DNA from: a bacterium
GTDB lineage: Bacteria > Margulisbacteria > WOR-1 > O2-12-FULL-45-9 > XYB2-FULL-48-7
NCBI GenBank assembly: GCA_043812655.1
Contig: JBDRLW010000003.1
Span: forward strand, 21,125 to 85,124
Direction: 5' to 3'
DNA length: 64,000 bases
The notes below the pieces were generated by a model. It ran no database searches. It was given only the letters and a program-made list of their open reading frames with translations, and was not told the origin of the DNA. The translations under genes were made by a program, and so were the position numbers. This document shows positions 38,081-45,807 of this stretch, one piece after another (position 1 is the stretch's first letter; each line of letters begins with the position of its first letter).

Positions 38081-38260
38081 CCGCGGAGAGGAATTGAACC
38101 TCCATGGGTTTAACCCCGCTAGCTCCTGAAGTCCCGCTTCATTAATATTTTATCATAATGACTTGCGGGATCCCGACGATTACATTATTATCATATCTTA
38201 ATGACCGTCGGGACTAGTGCGCCCGCCTTCGGCGGGTAAATCTGCCAGATAATAAACTTG
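38081..38260 (-). pseudogene. 5'-truncated tRNA-Leu-like pseudogene carrying two short hairpin insertions
   Basis: Minus strand reads TGGCAGA, then insert tttacccgccgaaggcggg, then CGCACTAG, then an 88-nt insert with the tcccgacg...cgtcgggatccc hairpin, then CTTCAGGAGCTAGCGGGGTTAAACCCATGGAGGTTCAATTCCTCTCCGCGGCA. Confidence 0.5.
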
Positions 38261-38270
38261 CTTCTTCAAA

Positions 38271-38354
38271 TGCCCAGGAGAGGAATTGAACCTCCATGGG
38301 TTTAACCCCGCTAGCTCCTGAAGCTAGTGCGTCTGCCAGTTCCGCCACCTGGGC
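38271..38354 (-). tRNA. tRNA-Leu (anticodon CAG)
   Basis: The reverse complement folds as a class II tRNA. Acceptor GCCCAGG/CCTGGGC, anticodon loop TTCAGGA, long variable arm, T-loop TTCAATT. Confidence 0.85.
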
Positions 38355-38424
38355 ATTTGAAGGTGGAAATATTCTCTCATAAATTGACTGCTGATTCAAG
38401 ATATTTTTCTGAAAAAAAAGGAGA

Positions 38425-38486
38425 TAGTTCCGCTTTACCCGCCACAGGTGGGTTTACCCGCCGCAGGCGGGCATAGCGGCATAAAA
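38425..38486. repeat. duplicated tRNA-Leu 5' end (GCCGCTATG) followed by hairpin element CCCGCC-N-GGCGGG-TAAA
   Basis: Minus-strand read: TGCCGCTATG, then cccgcctgcggcgggtaaa, then cccacctgtggcgggtaaagcgg. Confidence 0.45.
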
Positions 38487-38571
38487 TGCCGCTGGCCGGA
38501 GTTGAACCGGCACGGGGGTTAACCCCACTTGATTTTGAGTCAAGCGCGTCTGCCAATTCCACCACAGCGGC
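38487..38571 (-). tRNA. tRNA-Leu (anticodon CAA)
   Basis: The reverse complement is GCCGCTGTGGTGGAATTGGCAGACGCGCTTGACTCAAAATCAAGTGGGGTTAACCCCCGTGCCGGTTCAACTCCGGCCAGCGGCA. The anticodon loop CTCAAAA gives CAA. Confidence 0.85.
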
Positions 38572-38700
38572 ATTTCGACTCCGTCTCGACTCACTGCGTT
38601 CGCTCGACGTCGCTCAATGCCGAGAGAAGCCGAGACATTCCACTTTACCCGCCTGCCTACCGGCAGGCAAGCCGTAGGCGGGCACAGCGGCACGACAACT
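38572..38700. repeat. composite repeat upstream of tRNA-Leu(CAA): CTCGAC-family hairpin plus duplicated tRNA 5' end interrupted by palindromic hairpin CCCGCCTACGGCTTGCCTGCCGGTAGGCAGGCGGG-TAAA
   Basis: Minus-strand read: TGCCGCTGTG, then cccgcctacggcttgcctgccggtaggcaggcgggtaaa, then GTGGAAT, then gtctcg...cgagac, then the intact tRNA. The same palindrome in opposite orientation is at 44720-44760. Confidence 0.5.
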
Positions 38701-38855
38701 ATGGTGAGTATAGCAAAATAATTAAAGCTTGACAATAAACTATCTTATAATGTATTATAAAGATGTCCCAATAAACGACCACATTTTACAATTTTTTCTT
38801 AATGACAACAAAATTAACAATTTCTCAATCAAACAAAAACAAGTTTATCTAACCT

Positions 38856-38930
38856 GCGACTAAAAGTCGCGGTTTCGTTTATCCAAATGGAACCGAGGCT
38901 TTCAGCCTCAGGTTCCAAAACAAATCACTC
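38856..38930. repeat. double-hairpin element (inverted copy of the 37019-37080 element) in the rho leader
   Basis: 'cctgcgactaaaagtcgcgg' and 'ggaaccgaggctttcagcctcaggttcc' are reverse complements of the accD-accA element hairpins. Confidence 0.5.
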
Positions 38931-38942
38931 GAGGAGGAAGAA

Positions 38943-40187
38943 ATGGATATTGTAGAGTTAGAAGGTAAGACCCTGCCCCAATTATACGAGGTCGCCAAAG
39001 GTTTGAACATTGCCAACCTGCGGCAATTAAAAAAGCACGACCTGGTTTTTAAGATCCTCGAAGCCCAGACCGAAAAGAACGGCCACATTTTCACCAAAGG
39101 GATCCTAGAGATCCTGCCCGAAAATTATGGTTTCTTGCGGACCGGCGGCTATCTCCCCAGCCGGGAAGACGTTTATGTTTCGCAAACCCAGATCCGCCGC
39201 TTTGATATGCAAAACGGTGATTTTGTCACCGGCCAGGTCCGGCCGCCTAAAGAGGGCGAAAAATATTATAGTTTGCTGAAGATCGAAGCGATCAACGGCG
39301 AAAATCCGGAAGGGGCGAGACAGCGCATACCATTTGACAGCTTAACACCAATTTTCCCCAACCGCCGCTTTGGTTTGGAATTTCCCGGTTGCCCCATGGC
39401 TTGCCGGTTGATTGACATGGTCGCGCCGATCGGCGCCGGCCAAAGAGCAATGATCGTCTCGCCGCCAAAGGCCGGTAAAACCACGGTCTTGAAAAATATC
39501 GCTAACTCGATCACTGAAAATTTCCCTGAAACCCTGATCAAAGTCTTACTGGTTGATGAACGGCCGGAAGAAGTGACCGATATGCAAAGGTCAGTTAAAG
39601 GCGAAGTCGTTGCTTCAACTTTTGATGAGCCGCCGGAGGACCACATTAGGATCGCCGAATTATTACTGGAAGCTTGCAAACGCTTAGTTGAAGCAGGCAA
39701 AGATGTCGTAATCCTCCTTGATTCGATCACCCGCTTAGCTCGGGCTTACAATTTAGTTACCCCACCCTCCGGCCGGACGCTGTCCGGCGGTCTTGACCCG
39801 ACTTGTCTCCACCGGCCAAAGCGCTTCTTCGGCGGCGCGCGGAATATTGAAGAAGGCGGCAGTTTAACGATCATCGCTACTGCTCTAGTTGAAACCGGCT
39901 CCAGGATGGACGATATTATTTATGAAGAGTTCAAAGGAACAGGTAATATGGAACTCCACCTCAACCGTAAGCTGGCTGACCGGAGAATTTTCCCAGCGAT
40001 CGACGTGCGGCTCTCCGGCACCAGGCGCGAAGAGCTCCTAATGGACGATAAGGAACTGAAAAAGATGTGGCTCTTGCGCAAAGTGATGGACAATTACGAG
40101 GCGGTTGAAGCGACCGAACAATTAATTGAACGGCTCAAAACCTTTAAGACTAATAAGCAGTTCTTTGATTCGGCTGATGTAAAGTAA
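38943..40187 (+). CDS. rho: transcription termination factor Rho
   Basis: N-terminal '[18 protein letters not shown]' Rho-N. Walker A '[18 protein letters not shown]'. 'Q-loop/R-loop' regions. Length 414 aa. Confidence 0.9.
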   Translation: MDIVELEGKTLPQLYEVAKGLNIANLRQLKKHDLVFKILEAQTEKNGHIFTKGILEILPENYGFLRTGGYLPSREDVYVSQTQIRRFDMQNGDFVTGQVRPPKEGEKYYSLLKIEAINGENPEGARQRIPFDSLTPIFPNRRFGLEFPGCPMACRLIDMVAPIGAGQRAMIVSPPKAGKTTVLKNIANSITENFPETLIKVLLVDERPEEVTDMQRSVKGEVVASTFDEPPEDHIRIAELLLEACKRLVEAGKDVVILLDSITRLARAYNLVTPPSGRTLSGGLDPTCLHRPKRFFGGARNIEEGGSLTIIATALVETGSRMDDIIYEEFKGTGNMELHLNRKLADRRIFPAIDVRLSGTRREELLMDDKELKKMWLLRKVMDNYEAVEATEQLIERLKTFKTNKQFFDSADVK

Positions 40188-41049
40188 TTTGATTTAACTT
40201 TCCAAATTGAAACAATTCAACTTGCGAAGCAGGTTTTTCAGTACCATTTTCATCTTGTATAACAAATAATTGGCTTTCTGGATATGGCACTTTCCCCCAG
40301 GCGAATTGGAGCTTTTGGAAATAGGCAACTCCTTTATTTCTTAACAATTCCTTTTCTCCCCTTGATTTGAACGCATTATTATTTAATAACCTATAAATAA
40401 AACTATAAGCATAAGCAGAGGCGAAAAATTCGGTCGTAAATTTAGACGTCTGTCTTCCAACTTGTTCGACAATTTTTAAATACCCAAGCTGACAAATTAA
40501 TGCTACGGCTAAGTTGATCGCCTCAATTTTTTCAGTATTTTTAAAACTGCTGCGCAACAAGATAGCTTTGGTTGGTTTTCTCCTTTCACGGGAAGGATCA
40601 ATCGCCCCATTCTTTTCCAGGCAATATTTAATGTTCTGTATTACCGTTCCGGAAATTGGCAGAAACCCTTGACGATTCTCCATTGCTTCCCCCAAATAGG
40701 TTGAAAAACCAACGTAGCGGCAATAGGATTTCAAATCCATCCGATAAAACACTTCCGCCTTTTCAACAATATCTAATATTTCTTTGGGCAAATTCCCTGC
40801 GCGTAAAATCAGGACGGTATCACCAATACTCTGTTCAGCAGGCCGCATAGCTTGCCTTAATTCAGAAAAACTCAAGCCGTGTTTCCTTTGCGCTGGGGAA
40901 AGCCTAACTATCCGAAAATCCAGTGTCCTTTCCACTAATGAAATGTCTCTTCCTTGCCCGGGCAGTCTCTCAATTTGAATTTGCGATGCTTGAACAGCCC
41001 CGTTTTTCCCCCAACGTATTCTACCTTTGCCGCTTATTCTTGTATTCAT
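40150..41049 (-). CDS. hypothetical protein (no recognisable motif), operonic with the upstream PEP-utilizing enzyme
   Basis: 299 aa. Starts 2 nt after the stop of 41051-43396. No P-loop and no obvious catalytic motif. Confidence 0.4.
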   Translation of the reverse strand: MNTRISGKGRIRWGKNGAVQASQIQIERLPGQGRDISLVERTLDFRIVRLSPAQRKHGLSFSELRQAMRPAEQSIGDTVLILRAGNLPKEILDIVEKAEVFYRMDLKSYCRYVGFSTYLGEAMENRQGFLPISGTVIQNIKYCLEKNGAIDPSRERRKPTKAILLRSSFKNTEKIEAINLAVALICQLGYLKIVEQVGRQTSKFTTEFFASAYAYSFIYRLLNNNAFKSRGEKELLRNKGVAYFQKLQFAWGKVPYPESQLFVIQDENGTEKPASQVELFQFGKLNQITLHQPNQRTAY

Positions 41050-41050
41050 A

Positions 41051-43396
41051 TTATTTTATTCCCTCGATCATGCTAATGCTTTTGGCTTTTTTCCTTACGT
41101 TTAAATAACTCACCGGCCTTGGTGACTTAACTAATTCTCCAATAACGGTCCTGGTATCATAATGCTTGCTTTTTTGAGCTAAGCGAACTAATAACTTTCT
41201 AACTTCCATCGCATTTTTTTGATCCAATAAAGCTTCAATTAATGGCTTTTTTAATTTCCGCTCAAATTTTTTCCATTCCCCATAATGAAAATATGATAAC
41301 AAATACTTTATCTGGTTTTGCCAGGCAGGATTCATGCTCAACGAATCTATCCCCATTAAAGTTAATACTAACGCTCCTAATGGGTCTCTAGCCATTTCCC
41401 CGCAAAAACCAATTCTACCTTTATGCCTTTCTTGATATAACTTTGTTAATAACCCATGAGCTGCTAATTTTTCTTTTTCCGAAACTTTACTAGCCGATAA
41501 AAAGGCCGTAAAATCAGCTTCAGGCTCTTTCATGATTATATAAGCATCTCTAGTTACCTTTAACAAATATCCATGTTTCTGCAGCTCATTTTTCAGCGGT
41601 TCAGACCAGCTGGCAATTTCTTCCACCTTTATGGAACCCTTAACGCCTTTAATCGCCTCAAATATATACCCTAATACTTTTGGTGACAGCCAATCATATT
41701 CCATTCCGGTCATTAGTTTTGCTCGATCATCAATCTCTAATACCGCGGCAGTTAGATCATTGCCCCCAATAGAAAACACCTGGCATTTTTGGGCGATCGC
41801 TTCAATATTTTCTACTGCTTCTGGCGTCTCAACCATAGCGCCAAGCTGAATGAATTGGCTGACACGTCGCTGATCAATAGTGTAATCGGTAATTAAATCA
41901 GTCTCATATTTTTTTACTAAATGTGCGACTTGCTCAACCTGTTCAGGGGTCCGGATCATTGGGATAATAACAGAAACCTTTTTCCCTGCTAAACCATCTT
42001 CATCTGGATAATATTTCAGACGATCACAAGCAATCAATAGATCCCTGATCTGATCCCTTAAAATGGCTTTCCCTTTGTCAACTTGTAGCAAAAAATCAAC
42101 CCCTCTTTTCCCTTGCGTAAAATCATCAAAAGTGCTTTCCGCTTTTGGATACTTATCCTTATCCACGTCAAAAAAGCGAAAAACAATATCTGTCGTTGCT
42201 TCAATAGCATTAATAAATTGTCTTATTAAAGACGGATTTGTTGGTCTCCCCAGCGTATAATGATCTTCCGTGCGATAAAGACCAACTTCTTGAGTCTGCG
42301 CCCCCTCACTCCCCATATTTTCCATGATCTTTGGCAACGGTAAACGTTGATCATCTCCAGATAACCCTGTCCAGTGTGTGTCTGCATACTTCTTTGCTTG
42401 AGCCATCGCATCACCGATCTCTTTATTCATTAAACTAATATTGCGATCATCAACATTCACCACAACTTGTCCTGTATGGGGGTTCATTATTACTTTTACT
42501 TCCGGATCTATGTGCGCAAATACTTTTTTGGCTTCTGACATCAAAACTACAGGAATCCCGCGATTAAATGCCAATAAATATGGATGGCTTGCCAAACCCA
42601 TAAATTGATGGTCAAAAATAAAGCCTCTCGCCCCAAGATGAACATGAGATTGAATCTCTCCCCAAGCAAGATAATCAGCTACTAAATAATAACCTGTTTG
42701 CTGTATGGGACAATTAACGCCATCAATATGCGCCAATAATCGGGGCAAATACAACTCTGCGTCCTTGTATTGCTCCTGTTGCCGCATGTGTATTGGGACT
42801 TGGCTATTAAATATAATCCTTAACTCTTTTAACTTCCTATATATTGAAGCTCGATCATTAGGTTCTACCAGTTTTTTTTCTTGTAACAATCTTGATTTAT
42901 CCACAACATCTCTTTCTGTCTTATTAAACAAATCAACTGAAACCTGAAGAAAAGCCTTAAAAGAAGCAACAAATTGCGGCCATACCGTTTCAAATGCTTG
43001 ATGGGCAGAAATATTCTGCTGTTCAATCATCATTTTAGATTGTGTAGCCGCTTCTTTAATCACATAACCAAAGGCCTCATCTTTTTTATATGCTTCAACC
43101 AATGAATCTATTTTTTTAAGTTCATCCTCTTTTTTAATCGGCAGTAATTGATTATTCGTACCGCAAACAACCTGATCGATCAATAGACAACTGGGTAAAA
43201 CATAAGCTGGGTTTTTATCTAGAGGTATTTGTTTCTCTGGTGGAGGCAAAACTCCATTCCCTCGACCAGTAAAAGTCAAATTTTTTGTAAGTGGCCGGCG
43301 CTTTGAAAATGAATGGTTTTCTTTTCGTACTACTCCGTTTATTATCTTACTAAGGGTCATATTAATACTCCTGATCATTAAATAGCATTCAACCAC
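41051..43396 (-). CDS. PEP-utilizing enzyme, PTS enzyme I (PtsI/PtsP)-like, with a novel ~230-aa N-terminal extension
   Basis: Mobile His domain 'LGARGFIFDHQFMGLASHPYLLAFNRGIPVVLMSE'. EIC TIM-barrel blocks 'LYRTEDHY', 'FRFFDVDKDKYP', 'IIPMIRTPEQV', 'GAMVETPEAV', 'FSIGGNDLTAAVLEIDDR' and 'FCGEMARDP'. Confidence 0.6.
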   Translation of the reverse strand: MVECYLMIRSINMTLSKIINGVVRKENHSFSKRRPLTKNLTFTGRGNGVLPPPEKQIPLDKNPAYVLPSCLLIDQVVCGTNNQLLPIKKEDELKKIDSLVEAYKKDEAFGYVIKEAATQSKMMIEQQNISAHQAFETVWPQFVASFKAFLQVSVDLFNKTERDVVDKSRLLQEKKLVEPNDRASIYRKLKELRIIFNSQVPIHMRQQEQYKDAELYLPRLLAHIDGVNCPIQQTGYYLVADYLAWGEIQSHVHLGARGFIFDHQFMGLASHPYLLAFNRGIPVVLMSEAKKVFAHIDPEVKVIMNPHTGQVVVNVDDRNISLMNKEIGDAMAQAKKYADTHWTGLSGDDQRLPLPKIMENMGSEGAQTQEVGLYRTEDHYTLGRPTNPSLIRQFINAIEATTDIVFRFFDVDKDKYPKAESTFDDFTQGKRGVDFLLQVDKGKAILRDQIRDLLIACDRLKYYPDEDGLAGKKVSVIIPMIRTPEQVEQVAHLVKKYETDLITDYTIDQRRVSQFIQLGAMVETPEAVENIEAIAQKCQVFSIGGNDLTAAVLEIDDRAKLMTGMEYDWLSPKVLGYIFEAIKGVKGSIKVEEIASWSEPLKNELQKHGYLLKVTRDAYIIMKEPEADFTAFLSASKVSEKEKLAAHGLLTKLYQERHKGRIGFCGEMARDPLGALVLTLMGIDSLSMNPAWQNQIKYLLSYFHYGEWKKFERKLKKPLIEALLDQKNAMEVRKLLVRLAQKSKHYDTRTVIGELVKSPRPVSYLNVRKKAKSISMIEGIK

Positions 43397-43464
43397 ATAT
43401 TTATCGCCTTATTATTCAATTAATTTCACTTCTTTTTGGCTTTCTAGCCTGTTATAATCAAGTT

Positions 43465-44706
43465 ATGTTTGGAATAAATGAAGTCGAGAGAGAAATAGGG
43501 TCAAGGGTCCAGGGTCCAAGGTCCAGAAGAATTAGCAGCATCTCCATCGATTCCCGCACTGTCCAACCCGGTGAACTATTTATCCCGATCAAAGGGGAGA
43601 AATTTGATGGGAATAAGTTTATTAAAGACGCTCTAGCCAAAGGGGCTTTTGTCGTCGAAACAAAAGACGGGCTAACCGCCCTGCACCAGCTCGCCGCTTA
43701 CCACCGCAGTAAATTTGATCTTCCGGTCATCGCCATCACCGGCAGTGTGGGGAAAACGACGACCAAAGACATGCTTGCCTCGATCCTCTCCCAAGCGATG
43801 CCAACCTTAAAGAACGAACAGAACTATAATAATGAAATAGGCGTCCCCCTCACCCTCCTTAAGCTGACCAAAAAGCATAAAGCCGCGGTAATTGAGATGG
43901 GCATGCAGGGAAAGGGAGAAATTGAGCTTTTGGCCAAGATCGCCAGGCCAACTATCGCCATTGTTACCAATATCGGCGAAGCCCACCTTGAACAACTGGG
44001 GACTAAAGCTAATATTGCCAAAGCTAAAGCCGAAGTCTTTAAATTCCTAAAAAAAGAAGATTGGGTGGTGATCAACGCGGATGATGAATACTACGAACAT
44101 TTAGTAGCCAGGGTCCAGGGTCCAGGGGCCAGGGTAAAAACCTTTGGTATTATTGAGAAGGCTGACATTAGAACAAAAGAATTGACGGGGATCAATCTGC
44201 CGCTGCCCGGCGAACACAACATTTATAACGCCCTGGCGGCGATCGCGGTGGCGAAAATCTTAAAAATTAAAAAGCCAGCCATTAAAAAAGGGCTGGAAAC
44301 TTTTAAGCCTTCCAGCAAGCGGATGGAAGTGATCAACCGGCCAGACGGGACAAAGATCATTAACGATACCTATAACGCTAATCCCCAATCAATGGCGGCA
44401 ACCCTAAAAGTCTTAGCCGGTATTGAGCGGCCAAATGTAAAAAGGATCGCAGTCTTGGGAAGTATGCTGGAACTTGGCAAACGCTCCAAAGCCGCTCATG
44501 CCAAGATAATTAAACTGGCCAAACAATTAAAGATCGACAAAGTCTTAACTTTTGGCGAATTCTGGCCAAGCCTGGCTCCAGCGGAAAAAACCAAAAAGAA
44601 CTTAATAAAAAAATTACGGCAATTAATAGCGCCTCGTGATATAATTTTAATCAAGGGCTCCCGGGGAATGAGGATGGAAGACGTGGTCGACGCGATCAGA
44701 ACTTAA
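43465..44706 (+). CDS. murF: UDP-N-acetylmuramoyl-tripeptide--D-alanyl-D-alanine ligase
   Basis: 'SIDSRTVQPGELFIPIKGEKFDGNKF', P-loop 'ITGSVGKTTTKDM', 'NADDEY', 'EHNIYNALAA' and 'INDTYNANPQSM'. Confidence 0.85.
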   Translation: MFGINEVEREIGSRVQGPRSRRISSISIDSRTVQPGELFIPIKGEKFDGNKFIKDALAKGAFVVETKDGLTALHQLAAYHRSKFDLPVIAITGSVGKTTTKDMLASILSQAMPTLKNEQNYNNEIGVPLTLLKLTKKHKAAVIEMGMQGKGEIELLAKIARPTIAIVTNIGEAHLEQLGTKANIAKAKAEVFKFLKKEDWVVINADDEYYEHLVARVQGPGARVKTFGIIEKADIRTKELTGINLPLPGEHNIYNALAAIAVAKILKIKKPAIKKGLETFKPSSKRMEVINRPDGTKIINDTYNANPQSMAATLKVLAGIERPNVKRIAVLGSMLELGKRSKAAHAKIIKLAKQLKIDKVLTFGEFWPSLAPAEKTKKNLIKKLRQLIAPRDIILIKGSRGMRMEDVVDAIRT

Positions 44707-44709
44707 CGT

Positions 44710-44774
44710 GCCGCGGTGGCCCGCCTACGGCTTGCCTGCCGGTAGGCAGGCGGGTAAATGGAACTGGCTGGCAC
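44710..44774 (+). pseudogene. tRNA-Leu 5' fragment (GCCGCGGTGG...GAACTGGCTGGCAC) interrupted in the D-arm by palindromic hairpin element
   Basis: GCCGCGGTGG, then cccgcctacggcttgcctgccggtaggcaggcgggtaaatg, then GAACTGGCTGGCAC. The acceptor 5' strand is complementary to the ...CCGCGGCA end at 45013. Confidence 0.45.
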
Positions 44775-44803
44775 TTACATCCCGAAGTTGAATGCAATTT
44801 TTT

Positions 44804-44887
44804 GCCGAGGTGGTGGAACTGGCAGACACACCAGCTTGAGGGGCTGGCGCCGTTAAAAGCGTAGGAGTTCAAATCTCCTCCTCGGCA
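44804..44887 (+). tRNA. tRNA-Leu (anticodon GAG)
   Basis: GCCGAGGTGGTGGAACTGGCAGACACACCAGCTTGAGGGGCTGGCGCCGTTAAAAGCGTAGGAGTTCAAATCTCCTCCTCGGCA. Class II cloverleaf with anticodon loop TTGAGGG. Confidence 0.85.
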
Positions 44888-44913
44888 TAAAAATTGCTTT
44901 CAAATTCAGAGAT

Positions 44914-45013
44914 GGAGGTTCTCCCGACGGACATTATAATAGAATAATGATGAAATCGTCGGGATCCCGATTTCCGCCAAAGGCGGAACATCGGGAAAGT
45001 CCTCTCCGCGGCA
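44914..45013 (+). pseudogene. tRNA-Leu 3' fragment (T-arm plus acceptor, GGAGGTTC...CCTCTCCGCGGCA) with a hairpin element inserted in the T-loop
   Basis: GGAGGTTC, then tcccgacggacattataatagaataatgatgaaatcgtcgggatccc-gatttccgccaaaggcggaacatcggga, then aagtCCTCTCCGCGGCA. The same 3' end sequence as the 38081 fragment. Confidence 0.45.
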
Positions 45014-45016
45014 TTA

Positions 45017-45664
45017 TTAATTTGCCTTTTTTCTTAATCCCGAAACTGTTGTAAAACTATACCCCTTTTTCTTTAGATCTTTGATCATTATTGGCAGGGC
45101 CTCGACTATTTGCCGGCTATTATCATGCATCAACACTACCGAGCCATTCCGCACCAGGGAAGTAACCCTTTTGGCGATCGAAGCCGCCGTTCGCATCCCC
45201 TTTTTTGGCTGGTAGAAATCGTCAGCGTTCGCGTTCCATAACACGATCTCATAGCCCGCTTTTTCGATCAGCTTTCTTTTAGAATATGGTAATCGCCCGT
45301 GCGGCGGGCGGAAAAGAACAACCTTTTTATTAGTAGCCTTCATGATCAAAAGGGAAGTCTCTCTAATCTCTGCCAGCGTTTTCTTATCATCCATCTGGTC
45401 CAAGGACGTATGGCTGTAGGTGTGGTTCCCGATCTCGTGCCCGTCCGCGCTTGCCTGGCTGACAAACTGCGGATTATCCTTAACTTTCCAGCCGATCACA
45501 AAAAAGGTCACCGGGACATTTTCCTTTTTCAGTATAGGCAAGAGCTTATCGATGACGCCAGGCGTTGGCCCATCGTCAAAAGTTAAAGCAACCTGCTTTT
45601 TCGCGCTCGCGGAAAAAGCTAAACATAATGCCAAGATCAAGATAATGGATATTTTTCTTACCAT
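45017..45664 (-). CDS. secreted polysaccharide deacetylase (NodB homology domain)
   Basis: Signal peptide 'MVRKISIILILALCLAFSASA'. 'LTFDDGP' catalytic motif. 'HTYSH' and 'FRPPHG' are NodB motifs. Confidence 0.75.
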   Translation of the reverse strand: MVRKISIILILALCLAFSASAKKQVALTFDDGPTPGVIDKLLPILKKENVPVTFFVIGWKVKDNPQFVSQASADGHEIGNHTYSHTSLDQMDDKKTLAEIRETSLLIMKATNKKVVLFRPPHGRLPYSKRKLIEKAGYEIVLWNANADDFYQPKKGMRTAASIAKRVTSLVRNGSVVLMHDNSRQIVEALPIMIKDLKKKGYSFTTVSGLRKKAN

Positions 45665-45807
45665 ATAATAAAACCAGTTTTCATTATAGCACTATAATAA
45701 AATAAACATTGATCCCTCATTACTCATTACTCATCCCTCCCTTGCTTCTATAAAAAGTATTCGGTATAATCAAAACAATTGTTAAATCGATCGGTGGTAA
45801 ATTAAAT

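Noticed and set aside
38214-38735. Short ORFs (60-93 aa) overlapping the tRNA-Leu region
   Set aside because: They overlap confidently folded tRNA genes and GC-rich hairpin repeats. Arg/Ala-rich composition is a by-product of the repeat sequence.
38700-38942. Sigma-70-like promoter (TTGACA ... TATTAT) about 200 nt upstream of rho
   Set aside because: Spacing and alternative -10 candidates are ambiguous in this AT-rich stretch. Not reported as a feature.
41051-43396. Considered calling this PEP synthase or pyruvate phosphate dikinase
   Set aside because: There is no N-terminal ATP-grasp-length nucleotide-binding domain; only ~230 aa precede the His domain. The C-terminal barrel motifs (GGNDLT, CGE) match enzyme I more closely.
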